This document shows, piece by piece, positions 8,357-16,539 of a stretch of 41,795 nucleotides of DNA. Origin of the DNA: Thermoplasmata archaeon (GTDB lineage Archaea > Thermoplasmatota > Thermoplasmata > Lutacidiplasmatales > UBA184). Position 1 is the first letter of the stretch, and each line of letters begins with the position of its first letter. The DNA is taken from NCBI GenBank assembly GCA_030037695.1, contig JASHQF010000030.1:1-41795 (forward strand), in the 5' to 3' direction. The translations under genes were made by a program, and so were the position numbers. The notes beneath the pieces are model-generated. The model saw only the letters and a list, made by a program, of their open reading frames with translations. It did no database searches and was not told the origin of the DNA.

Positions 8357-9493
8357 TCAACCCGGAGGCTCGTTCGGCGCCGCACGGTCCGGGGCCGCCG
8401 TTCGCGGCGGCCGGCGACCTCGCCCGTACCAGACGGCGGCGAACGTGCCGATCCCTCCCCAGGCGACCAGTCCAGCCACGAGACCGTACGCCGCGGGCGC
8501 CGAAAGGCCCAGGAACCCGCCGCCGGTCGTGGACGACGGGGCCGGTGCCGGCCCGGCGACGAGCGCGAAGACGGCGACCCCCGTGCCGGAGTCCGGGTCG
8601 ACGCCCGTGAGCGTCTGGATCCCTTCGGGGCTCGACGGTACCGTGAACGGGCAACTGAAACTCCCCGTCGAATTCGCGATCTCGGTGCAGGCGACCGTCG
8701 CTGCGGAATCCCACGTCACCGTGACCGAGGTCCCCGCCGCGAACTCCGAGCCGGTGATCGTGACCACGGTTCCGACCGTGCCCGAGGTCGGACTCACCTC
8801 CAGTCGGGGGGTGTAGGTGACGGTGAAGTTGACCGAAGCGGTGCTCCCGTTCACATCCCTCGCAGTGAACGGGTACGGGCCTCCCGTGGTCGTGCCCGCC
8901 GGGATCACGTACGTGCACGAGGGCGAACCTCCGTCGCCGTTGGTTCGGCCGGTGCAGGCGAGGACGGTGCCACCTTGCCAGGCGACGTCGAGGGCGGCGC
9001 TCGCGTCGAACCCGGTCGCGTTGAACGTGACGGACGTACCCGCCGGCCCCGAGGTCGGGTTGGCGGTGAGCTCGGGCACGACGGTGAACGACGTCGACGC
9101 GGCGGTCGAGCCGTTCGCGGCCGTGAGCGATCGAGCCCCGGAAGGACTGGCGGGAACGACGAATTCGCACTCGAACGTGCCGGACGATTGGGCGAGCGCG
9201 GAGCAAACGGACGTCGAGGTAAAGCTCCACGTGACCGTGACCTTGGAGGAGGCGGGAAAGCCCGTCCCCTCGGCCGCGGCGAGGGTCCCGACGGGTCCGG
9301 ACGCTGGCGAGACGAGGAGCGTGGGCGACGCCGCCGGTCCCTCTGCGCGGCCCGATGAGGCGGATGCAGGCGAAGGGTGGAACGTGATCGACGCGAGAAC
9401 GGCACCGACGGAGGCGAGCATCGCCAGGGCGAGGAATCCCGAGAGCAGGCCCCGAAGGCGCCCCGGCGCGCGTCGACTCCTCGGTGAAGCCAT
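8357..9493 (-). CDS. Secreted/anchored surface protein with three tandem IPT/TIG-like domains and a C-terminal TM anchor
   Basis: N-terminal signal-like segment RLRGLLSGFLALAMLASVGAVLASI. Three repeats follow the pattern SP.SGP.GT...G.GF......V.W......C.......G.F.C.F.VP. C-terminal hydrophobic segment LVAGLVAWGGIGTFAAVWY followed by basic GRGRRPPR. Confidence 0.8.
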   Translation of the reverse strand: MASPRSRRAPGRLRGLLSGFLALAMLASVGAVLASITFHPSPASASSGRAEGPAASPTLLVSPASGPVGTLAAAEGTGFPASSKVTVTWSFTSTSVCSALAQSSGTFECEFVVPASPSGARSLTAANGSTAASTSFTVVPELTANPTSGPAGTSVTFNATGFDASAALDVAWQGGTVLACTGRTNGDGGSPSCTYVIPAGTTTGGPYPFTARDVNGSTASVNFTVTYTPRLEVSPTSGTVGTVVTITGSEFAAGTSVTVTWDSAATVACTEIANSTGSFSCPFTVPSSPEGIQTLTGVDPDSGTGVAVFALVAGPAPAPSSTTGGGFLGLSAPAAYGLVAGLVAWGGIGTFAAVWYGRGRRPPRTAAPDRAAPNEPPG

Positions 9494-9622
9494 CCCCTAC
9501 CCGACCCGTGGAACAACGCCGGGAACGGCCGACCCGCTAAGTAACTGCCGACAGCGGTCGTCGGGTCCCGGGACGCCGAGCCGAGCGAGGGCCCGCCGTT
9601 GCGACGGCCCGCGGGCGGGTCG

Positions 9623-10204
9623 ATGAGCGTCCTCTACGATCTCCTGGTCGGGCTGCTCCTCGGATTCTCGCTCACCATCCCTCCCGGCCCCATGAACGCC
9701 TACATCGCGACCCTCGCGGTCCGATCGCGGCGGCTCGGGACGATCGCGGGGCTCGGCGCGATGAGCGCCGATGCGGTCCTCGGGCTGGCGGTCTTCTCGC
9801 TCTCCGCGCTCGTCGATCTGCACTCGGTCTCCCGGGAGCTCGAGGGGGTCGGTGCCGGGGTGCTCGGAGTGTTTGCCTACCGGCTCGTCACCCAGCGACC
9901 GAACCCCGAAGGGGCCCCCGTGCGCGAGATCCGGACCTATTCGACCGCGCTGCTCCTCGGCGTCTCCAACCCGTTCCAGATCGTATGGTGGCTGTCGGCC
10001 GGGCTCGCCTTCGCCTACCTGGGAGGGGTCGCGTTGTTCGCGGGGCTCTTCGGGGCGATCGCGATCTGGGTCATCGTGTTCCCGTGGGCCCTCCACGCCG
10101 GCGCCCGTCGCTCCCCGGTCGTTGAGCGCGCGACGGTGCTGGTATCGTTCGGGGTGATGGCCGCCTTCGCGGCGTACTTCGCAGCGCTGGCCCTCGGAGC
10201 TTGA
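9623..10204 (+). CDS. LysE/RhtB-family amino-acid exporter
   Basis: Internal ATG at 9623 (MSVLYDLLVGLLLGFSLTIPPGPMNAYI...). The family-typical N-terminal PGP motif is present. The protein is about 190 aa, polytopic and hydrophobic. Confidence 0.8.
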   Translation: MSVLYDLLVGLLLGFSLTIPPGPMNAYIATLAVRSRRLGTIAGLGAMSADAVLGLAVFSLSALVDLHSVSRELEGVGAGVLGVFAYRLVTQRPNPEGAPVREIRTYSTALLLGVSNPFQIVWWLSAGLAFAYLGGVALFAGLFGAIAIWVIVFPWALHAGARRSPVVERATVLVSFGVMAAFAAYFAALALGA

Positions 10205-10340
10205 GCCCGTCGGCCCTGGCCCGGAGGTGCTGGGCCGTGGCGCTTACCCCCTCCTGGCCCGTCGCAGGGCCGCAGCGGACGAGATTCGGGCGAGGTTCGC
10301 GGATCGTGCCGCTCGGCCGGCAACAGGTGGTGCGACTCCG

Positions 10341-11159
10341 CTAGGCACCGCCCGCGTCCGCGGGCGCCGGCCGTCGAGCGCTTAGGATCGGTTCCCGTAG
10401 TGCGCTCCCAAGCAACCTCTCCTCGATCTGGGCGAGCACTTTCGAGGTGGCCACCCTGCCGCGTCCCGAGGCTCGGGCGAGCTCACCCAGGCTGATCTTG
10501 GGGGGACTCGCGAAGTATCCGGACTCGATGGCCGCGTGCAGGAGCTCCCTCTGCCGGGTCGTGAGGACAGGGAGATGAGAGCGCAGCGGGACCGTGCGGG
10601 TCCAGGTCACCCGGGTCCTGGGGTCGACCTTGCGGGCGAACGCGAGGAGCGTGACGAACTCGGCACGACGGGCGACCACCTCCCACCGCACGGACCCGCC
10701 CCGGATCCGGATCGGGTACGGGAGGGGCATCCTCAGTCGGCGGTAGAGGTCGACGACAGGGGGAGTCCGGATCCGTGCCCGGTACAGCGCCCCGTCTCCC
10801 ACTCCGGTGAGGCATTCGGCACCCCCCACATCCGGGTACGTGGCGATCTCTCGCGTCCAGAGTCCCGGCGGGACGCCTTGGATCCAGAGGTCCGCGACGA
10901 TCGCGTGCGAGCCCGACCTCCGGCTACCGAGGATCTCGATGGCCAGGCCGGGATGCCGTCGAGAGAACGGGCCGAACCAGGTCGTGTCTGGGACGCGCAC
11001 CGTGAAGGTCGCCAGCAGCAACCGATCTTCGCGAGGGGTGGAACGTGATGGGGGCGCGGGGACCACCGAGCTAGGGCTTCGCCGGAGTGGCGCCGGCGAT
11101 CGGCTCCGGCTGCGAGGGGCCGGCACCGCGCTTCGTCTGCCGGAGCTGCGGCCTCTCAT
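10341..11159 (-). CDS. HTH_10 (bacterio-opsin-activator-type, COG3413-like) DNA-binding protein, paralogue A
   Basis: C-terminal LTTRQRELLHAAIESGYFASPPKISLGELARASG...SKVLAQIEERLL is the HTH_10 signature. The N-terminal about 130-aa domain is shared with paralogue B. A GGGGAG SD-like element lies about 10 nt before ATG 11159. The N-terminal about 45 aa are Arg/Ser/Pro-rich. Confidence 0.75.
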   Translation of the reverse strand: MRGRSSGRRSAVPAPRSRSRSPAPLRRSPSSVVPAPPSRSTPREDRLLLATFTVRVPDTTWFGPFSRRHPGLAIEILGSRRSGSHAIVADLWIQGVPPGLWTREIATYPDVGGAECLTGVGDGALYRARIRTPPVVDLYRRLRMPLPYPIRIRGGSVRWEVVARRAEFVTLLAFARKVDPRTRVTWTRTVPLRSHLPVLTTRQRELLHAAIESGYFASPPKISLGELARASGRGRVATSKVLAQIEERLLGSALREPILSARRPAPADAGGA

Positions 11160-11183
11160 CGCACCGTCTCCCCGGGCGATCGA

Positions 11184-11906
11184 TTATCGTACCGCCCGCT
11201 GAAAGACCCGTTCGACGAACGGCAACTTCGAGCACAGCACGCCCTCGCCCGGGCGCGCGGGCTCCACGACCTTCCCCTTCTCGAAGTGCACCTGGGCCTC
11301 GCGCCACGCGGACGGTGGGCCGCCTTCGATACGCAGGACCGTGGCGAAGGCGCCGGTCCGCGGAGGGGTGGGCCCGGCGTATCCGACCATGAGCGAGCAG
11401 CGGAGCGACGCGAAGGCCGCGAGGATGGGGCCGAGGGCCGCGTCGGGGATCGCCCCGGAGACCCGGTCGACGTTGGCGACGGCGAGGAGGTTCGGTCCGG
11501 CCGCGGGGGACATCGCCGCGAGGATGTCCTGGATCGTCGGAGGAAGCCGCAGGAATTCGGTCAGCTTGCCGAGGACCTCCGGCGGCTCGTCGGACCGGAT
11601 CAGCTCGAAGATCGCGGCGTTGGCCGGGGCGTTGTCCGGAGCGAGGCCGACCCCCGGATCCGCGACCCAGCTGTAGCGCGAATCTAGCCATCCCAGCTTG
11701 GCCGGGTCCCACTCCGAGAGCGACTCCGACGAGGACCGGACATCCAACCAGTGGAAGAGGGGAACGGACTCCGCGGCGACGGCGTAGAGCAGGAGGCTCA
11801 CCATCGGCCGGGAGGTACCGTACACGAGCACCGCCGGCGAGGCGGGACCGGGAGCCGGAACGCGGGTCCTCGTCTTGGAGTACGGGTCGGGCAGGCCGGG
11901 CGTCAT
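11184..11906 (-). CDS. Uncharacterised 240-aa protein (possible P-loop-less RecA/KaiC-like fold)
   Basis: Clean ORF with normal amino-acid composition. GGAGAT SD 5 nt before ATG 11906. The stop is 24 nt upstream of HTH_10 paralogue A. VLVYGTSRPMVSLLLYAV sits where a Walker A strand-loop-helix would be, but there is no GxxGxGK(S/T). Confidence 0.7.
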   Translation of the reverse strand: MTPGLPDPYSKTRTRVPAPGPASPAVLVYGTSRPMVSLLLYAVAAESVPLFHWLDVRSSSESLSEWDPAKLGWLDSRYSWVADPGVGLAPDNAPANAAIFELIRSDEPPEVLGKLTEFLRLPPTIQDILAAMSPAAGPNLLAVANVDRVSGAIPDAALGPILAAFASLRCSLMVGYAGPTPPRTGAFATVLRIEGGPPSAWREAQVHFEKGKVVEPARPGEGVLCSKLPFVERVFQRAVR

Positions 11907-12293
11907 GCTGATCTCCGCGGAATCTCCCGCGAGGAAAGAGCTGGGAGCGATCCGCGGGGGGATTCGGCCGAGGCATCGCGCGAACAGCCGGTGCAGGTTC
12001 CCGCTGGGGGGGCGTCGAGATTCGTCTGAGCGGGCATGGCGCTTCCGAGTACGGTAGAGGAGTCACCCCGCCTTACGCCCCCCCCCGAACCGCTTCGCCG
12101 AACCGAACGGGTTCGGCTGCCGCGGAGGCTTCGCGGGGATCCGCGCCCGTGCGCCCCGAGCACGAGGCGTCGGCCTCGGCCTCGGCGGAGGATATATCCC
12201 CACGCCGGCGCATGGGCCGCTCCGGTGGCCGGGACCGCGACAGTGGTCGCCCGCACACGTTCCGTACGGCGAGGCCCAGGAGGTCCGGGCGAG

Positions 12294-13025
12294 TTGCCCC
12301 CAGGGCGGTCGTCGAGGGCTCGACCTTCGGAGGCGACCCTAGCCCGACTTCGAGCGCTCGACGAAGACGCCGGGTCCTCCCGGCTCCTCGTCGCCAAGCT
12401 CAAGGTCCGGATCCCGCCCCGGATCTGGACCGGACCGTTCTCGACCCGTCACCCCGACGTCCGACTGGAGGTGTTGAACCGGACGGACGTCACCGCCGAC
12501 GTCTCCGTCTCCGACTACTGGATCGGAGGCGCCCCGGGGGTGTGGGCCGGTGAGATCGCCTCGCATTCGGACGTCGTCCGCGTCGAGCCGCTCGCGGCCG
12601 TCGGCGCGGGATGCCTCTACCGGATCCAGTACCGCAATCCTCCGGTGATCTACCTGCTCCGCACCCTCCACCTCCCGCTGCAGTTCCCCCTCCAGATCCA
12701 GGCGGGGTTCCTCACCTGGGAGGTCGTGAGCCGCTACGCCGAGTTTCGCAAGGTCCTCGACCACGCGAGGCGGGCCGATGAGGGCGTTCAGGTGATCTCG
12801 GTACGCCGAGGGCCGTTGCGCAGCCACCTACCGATGCTGACGGAGTCGCAGCAGGAGCTTCTCACCCGGGCGATGGCCGAGGGGTACTTCGCGGTGCCCC
12901 GGGGGATCTCGCTGACCGAGCTCTCCCGAAAACTGAACCGAAGCAAATCCGCGGTCTCCGAGGGGATCGCGGTGATCGAGAAGCGGCTCGTGGAGAGCGC
13001 CCTGAACGCCGGCAGTCTGGCCTGA
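12294..13025 (+). CDS. HTH_10 (COG3413-like) DNA-binding protein, paralogue B
   Basis: Track ORF 12036-13025. My hand count of third-position G/C is only 12-13 of 20 in each of 12061-12120, 12241-12300 and 12301-12360, and rises to 19 of 20 after about 12360. TTG at 12294 is preceded by a perfect GGAGGT SD 9 nt upstream. This start gives an N-terminus (PPGRSSRARPS) that parallels paralogue A (MRGRSSGRRS). C-terminal LTESQQELLTRAMAEGYFAVPRGISLTELSRKLNRSKSAVSEGIAVIEKRL. The start is not certain. Confidence 0.7.
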   Translation: MPPGRSSRARPSEATLARLRALDEDAGSSRLLVAKLKVRIPPRIWTGPFSTRHPDVRLEVLNRTDVTADVSVSDYWIGGAPGVWAGEIASHSDVVRVEPLAAVGAGCLYRIQYRNPPVIYLLRTLHLPLQFPLQIQAGFLTWEVVSRYAEFRKVLDHARRADEGVQVISVRRGPLRSHLPMLTESQQELLTRAMAEGYFAVPRGISLTELSRKLNRSKSAVSEGIAVIEKRLVESALNAGSLA

Positions 13026-13125
13026 CCGACCGCTCCCTCGCGCCGGACTTCCGGCCCGGTCGGCGAACGATCTCCGGGCCGCGCCCGGATCGCGCGCCCG
13101 TGCTAGGCGAGGACGCCGTGCGCCG

Positions 13126-13620
13126 CTACGCCGACGGCTCGCCCGCTGGGGCGACGGGCTTCACCAGGTCCATCCGGGCGACCTCGAAGCCGACCTTCCG
13201 GTAGAGGGCGAGGGCTCCGGGGTTGTCGGCCCAGACGCTCAACCGGAGCGACTCGGCTCCCATCCCGCGGGCCGTCGCCTCGAGCTGGCGGAGGACGTCG
13301 GTGGCGTACCCCCTGCGCCGGTGCTCGGGCCAGATGCTGATCCACTGGATCCAGAACTGCACCTTGCCGCCCGCCTCGCGGGCGTGGTACCACGCCTCGC
13401 CGACGATCTTCCCCCGTGCCGACTCCACCACGTTCGCGAAGTAGTGGCCCGGCGTAGAGCGGCCTTGCGAGAACAGGCTAGCGTATTCCTGCCGGCTCGT
13501 CGCGAGCCCCCGATCGGCCGTCCAGAGCCCGCGACGGACCCACCGTTCCGCGCGGGCGGGGACGATGCGCTCGAGGAACGCGCGGAACCCCGCGTCGTCC
13601 ATCGGTTCGAGACGGATCAT
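13126..13620 (-). CDS. GNAT-family N-acetyltransferase
   Basis: Internal ATG at 13620 (MIRLEPMDDAGF...). Acetyl-CoA motif WPEHRRRGYATDVL...LYRKVGFE. The start overlaps the stop of the upstream membrane-protein gene (ATGA). Confidence 0.85.
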   Translation of the reverse strand: MIRLEPMDDAGFRAFLERIVPARAERWVRRGLWTADRGLATSRQEYASLFSQGRSTPGHYFANVVESARGKIVGEAWYHAREAGGKVQFWIQWISIWPEHRRRGYATDVLRQLEATARGMGAESLRLSVWADNPGALALYRKVGFEVARMDLVKPVAPAGEPSA

Positions 13621-14288
13621 GGGGGCGCCGGGGACCCCCGTCCCGGGAGCCGTCGGAGCGCGTCCCAGTACGCCGCCGCATACAGCGCATAGGCTACGCA
13701 CAGGGGCGAGAGGACGAACGCGAGGGGCGCGAACCCGACGATCAGGCCCAACGGGTTGGTAAAGAACTCGTGGAGCAAGGTTCCGAACCTCTCGCCGACG
13801 ACGAGACCGGTGAGGACCGCCACGCCCAACGCCCAGGCACAGGCGGTCCAGGCGAGGACCTTACCGAGCGGCCCGAGGAGCTCGAGGACGACAAGGACGA
13901 GGCTCAGGAAAAAATTCCCGAGGGCGAGGGCGACGAGCCCGCCGACGAGCGCCACCGACCATCCCGGCGCCCCACCGGTGTGCGTCGGACCGAGGTAGTA
14001 GGCGATCGCAGCGAGCGTTGCCGCCGAGGCGACGAAGATCCCGATCGCGGCGCCCATCAGACGGTGGCCGCGGCGCAGGCGGTGCCGATGCAGCTCGGTC
14101 CATTCGTGCCGGCCCCGGTAGATCAGGTAGAACCCGAGGCCCGTCGTCACGAGCCCGAGGTAGTAGAACCCGATCCACGCCGACCGCTCGGACCCGGCGG
14201 TCGAGACGAACTGGTAGGCCTCGGTCGCGGCCTCGATGAGGAAGCCGAGGAGGAACGTCCGGAGCGCCCAGCGCGTGGAGAACGTCAT
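13617..14288 (-). CDS. Polytopic membrane protein, unknown function
   Basis: Six or so hydrophobic segments (for example LRTFLLGFLIEAA, WIGFYYLGLVTTGLGFYLIY, LVGGLVALALGNFFLSLVLVVL). I recognise no family. Confidence 0.7.
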   Translation of the reverse strand: MTFSTRWALRTFLLGFLIEAATEAYQFVSTAGSERSAWIGFYYLGLVTTGLGFYLIYRGRHEWTELHRHRLRRGHRLMGAAIGIFVASAATLAAIAYYLGPTHTGGAPGWSVALVGGLVALALGNFFLSLVLVVLELLGPLGKVLAWTACAWALGVAVLTGLVVGERFGTLLHEFFTNPLGLIVGFAPLAFVLSPLCVAYALYAAAYWDALRRLPGRGSPAPP

Positions 14289-14390
14289 GGCGCGGACCCG
14301 CTCCCGGGCGCGCCCCCTACGCCGGCCCCACCGATAAGGTCGGGTCGCGCGAGCGCGGCCCCCGGAACGCTCTTCCCGCGGGTCGCGGGA

Positions 14391-14849
14391 CTATTCGGAG
14401 AGCTTCTGGTCCGTCTCGCGCAGGCGACGGGCGCACTCCTTGAGCATGCCGGGATAGATGCCCGGATGGGTGTCGGCGAACGCCACGAACTCCCAGCGCG
14501 ACAGGACGCCGAGGACCGTCGGCTGCGTCGCTACGACGTCGGCCGAACGAGGGCCTCCGTCCAGGAGCGACATCTCCCCGAAGAACTGGCCCCGATTGAG
14601 GGTCGCGAGCCGGCGCGTGCCGCGCCGGACCTCGGCCTCGCCCGACAGGACGATGTAGAAGCCGAGCCCGCTCTCCCCGCGTCGCACGATCGTGCGACCG
14701 GGCTCGGCGTCCTGGATCTGGAGCTCCTTGGCCAGGGAGCGGAGGTGGCGATCGGGCAGCGACGAGAAGATCGGAACGCCGCCCAGCATCTCCGCGAGGG
14801 GACCGATCGGAACGGCGCCGGGCACGGACCGCCCCAACCGTTCCGACAC
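14391..14849 (-). CDS. Stand-alone cyclic-nucleotide-binding (CAP/CNB-type) domain protein
   Basis: VPIFSSLPDRHLRSLAKEL...GESGLGFYIVLSGEAEV...FFGEMSLLDGGPRSADVVA matches the CNB beta-barrel and its phosphate-binding cassette (FGE...R[ST]A). There is no attached DNA-binding or other output domain. The start is GTG 14849 or ATG 14789. Confidence 0.8.
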   Translation of the reverse strand: MSERLGRSVPGAVPIGPLAEMLGGVPIFSSLPDRHLRSLAKELQIQDAEPGRTIVRRGESGLGFYIVLSGEAEVRRGTRRLATLNRGQFFGEMSLLDGGPRSADVVATQPTVLGVLSRWEFVAFADTHPGIYPGMLKECARRLRETDQKLSE

Positions 14850-14903
14850 TTAATACGTCGCGTGCCGACCGCCGACAGGGGCGGCGACCCGACGACGTCC
14901 AGG

Positions 14904-15374
14904 CTAGGCCCCGGTGACGGTCGCCTCGGCGATCCGGACCGGGGTGCGCGGTCGATCGTTGGCGTCGCGCGGGACGGCGGCGATGCGCTCGACGACATCC
15001 TGCCCGCCTCGCACCTGACCGAAGATGGCGTGCTTGCCGTCCAGCCACGGGGTCGGCCCGAGGGTGATGAAGAACTGGCTCCCGCCGGTGTTCGGGCCGG
15101 CGTTCGCCATCGAGACGACCCCGGGGCGATCGTGCCGGAGCCCGCGGGCGAATTCGTCGGGGATCTCGTAGCCCGGTCCCCCGGTGCCGTCGCCGCGCGG
15201 GCAGCCGGTCTGGACCATGAACCCCGGGATCACCCGATGGAACGTGAGCCCGTTGTAGAACCCCTTCTTGGTGAGCGTCACGAAGTTTCCCGCGGTCTTC
15301 GGGGCTTGCTCCCGGTACAGTTCGAGGCGCACGTCGCCGAGCGTCGTCCGGAGCGTGGCGGTAGGATTGGCCAT
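14904..15374 (-). CDS. Cyclophilin-type peptidyl-prolyl cis-trans isomerase
   Basis: FHRVIPGFMVQTGCP, SMANAGPNTGGSQFFIT and LDGKHAIFGQV are canonical cyclophilin blocks. Confidence 0.9.
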   Translation of the reverse strand: MANPTATLRTTLGDVRLELYREQAPKTAGNFVTLTKKGFYNGLTFHRVIPGFMVQTGCPRGDGTGGPGYEIPDEFARGLRHDRPGVVSMANAGPNTGGSQFFITLGPTPWLDGKHAIFGQVRGGQDVVERIAAVPRDANDRPRTPVRIAEATVTGA

Positions 15375-15486
15375 GCGGACCTCACGGCCCCGGCGTTAAA
15401 GGCCCGACGCCCCGCGAGCGACGGGACGCTCGCTTAAGAGGCCCGCCGAGGCTGTCTCTCACCCCGGCTCCCGGTCCCCTGGTCGC

Positions 15487-16002
15487 ATGAACCGTTCGAT
15501 GGCCTACATTGGGATCGGGATCCTCGCGGCGGGGTTCGCGCTCGCGGCGTACCCCTTGGCCACCCTCGACCACGAAGTGCTCGACCTCGAGCAGGAGGCC
15601 GGGTTCTTCCTCGCCCCGCTGGGAGTCGTCGTGGTCTTCCTCGCCGCGATCGCCCCGGACCCTCGCGCGACCACCGTGCGCGGCACCTTCGGCAGCGAGG
15701 ACTCCGCCGTCGCCGAGCGCGTGATCGCGCAACGCGGAGCCGCCGTCGGGCCTCGTCCGTTCACCCCGAGCGACCCCGTACGGTGCCGGTACTGCTCGTC
15801 GATCATCACCTCCGACCTCGCCCGATGCCCACGGTGCGCGCGAGCGCGGGAATGCCGCAGCTGCCGCCGACCGCTCGGGCTCGTGCTCGAGCGGGCCACG
15901 TGCCCGAGGTGCGCGAGGCCCGAAGCGGTCTGCAACTGCAACTGGCTCGACGAAGGCGGGGCGACGCTCGAGGCGACGTACGGTGTCTACGAGCCGGTCT
16001 AG
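15487..16002 (+). CDS. Membrane protein with a C-terminal double zinc ribbon
   Basis: Two N-terminal TM helices, then CRYC-x13-CPRC-x6-CRSC-x13-CPRC. Its stop is 3 nt before the RNase H start. Confidence 0.65.
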   Translation: MNRSMAYIGIGILAAGFALAAYPLATLDHEVLDLEQEAGFFLAPLGVVVVFLAAIAPDPRATTVRGTFGSEDSAVAERVIAQRGAAVGPRPFTPSDPVRCRYCSSIITSDLARCPRCARARECRSCRRPLGLVLERATCPRCARPEAVCNCNWLDEGGATLEATYGVYEPV

Positions 16003-16005
16003 TCG

Positions 16006-16539
16006 ATGGACGAGGCCGAGCTTCCGCGGGGGGTCGCCGCGGTGGGGGCGGGCCCCGTGACGGTGCACTTCGACGGCGCCTCCCAAACGGTCGGGGAGGT
16101 GCGACTCGCCGGGTACGGCTTCACGATCGAGGGTGCCGGCCTCGCCGCCGCGGAGTCGGGCCTCGCCGTGCCGCCCGGCCACCCGCGCGCGACGAACAAC
16201 GTTGCGGAGTACGTGGGCGCGATCTGCGCCCTCGAGCACCTCCTACGGCAGGGGTACGCCGGCGAGGTGACGATCTACGGAGATAGCGAGCTGGTCGTCC
16301 GCCAGGTGAACGGGGAGTACGCGGTCCGGACCGACCATCTCGTCCCGTACCACGCCCGCCTCGTGCAGCTCGCCGAGCGCTTCCGGAAGGTCGAGTTCCG
16401 CTGGGTCCCGCGGGAGGAGAACCAACGGGCCGACGCGCTCTCGAAGCGGGCGATCGAGGACGCGGTTGCGGACGCCCGGTCCCGTCGATCCCCGGGGGAT
16501 GCCGGAACGACGTCCGACCCCGACGACCGCCCGGACTAG
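16006..16539 (+). CDS. rnhA: Ribonuclease HI-family protein (archaeal type 1 RNase H)
   Basis: VHFDGAS..., ATNNVAEYVGAICALEHL, IYGDSELVVRQVNGEY and VPREENQRADALS match the DEDD catalytic blocks of RNase HI. Confidence 0.8.
   Translation: MDEAELPRGVAAVGAGPVTVHFDGASQTVGEVRLAGYGFTIEGAGLAAAESGLAVPPGHPRATNNVAEYVGAICALEHLLRQGYAGEVTIYGDSELVVRQVNGEYAVRTDHLVPYHARLVQLAERFRKVEFRWVPREENQRADALSKRAIEDAVADARSRRSPGDAGTTSDPDDRPD

Noticed and set aside
8100-8360. A possible integration hotspot or genomic-island boundary at tRNA-Thr. I asked the same question at tRNA-Ala (38167-38238).
   Set aside because: There is no integrase, transposase or phage-like gene on either side. I did not notice a duplicated tRNA 3' fragment. 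The flanking genes have the same GC-rich composition.
12036-12293. The N-terminal 86 codons of track ORF 12036-13025 (HTH_10 paralogue B).
   Set aside because: Third-position G/C is only 12-13 of 20 in the segments I counted, compared with 19 of 20 once the conserved domain begins. A GGAGGT SD precedes TTG 12294. The extension is Arg/Pro-rich with no counterpart in paralogue A.
14851-14858. A TATTAA box directly abutting GTG 14849 of the cNMP-binding gene.
   Set aside because: It is too close to GTG 14849 to be its TATA box. It might instead drive a transcript that uses ATG 14789, 60 nt downstream, so the start remains ambiguous. I did not report it as a promoter.
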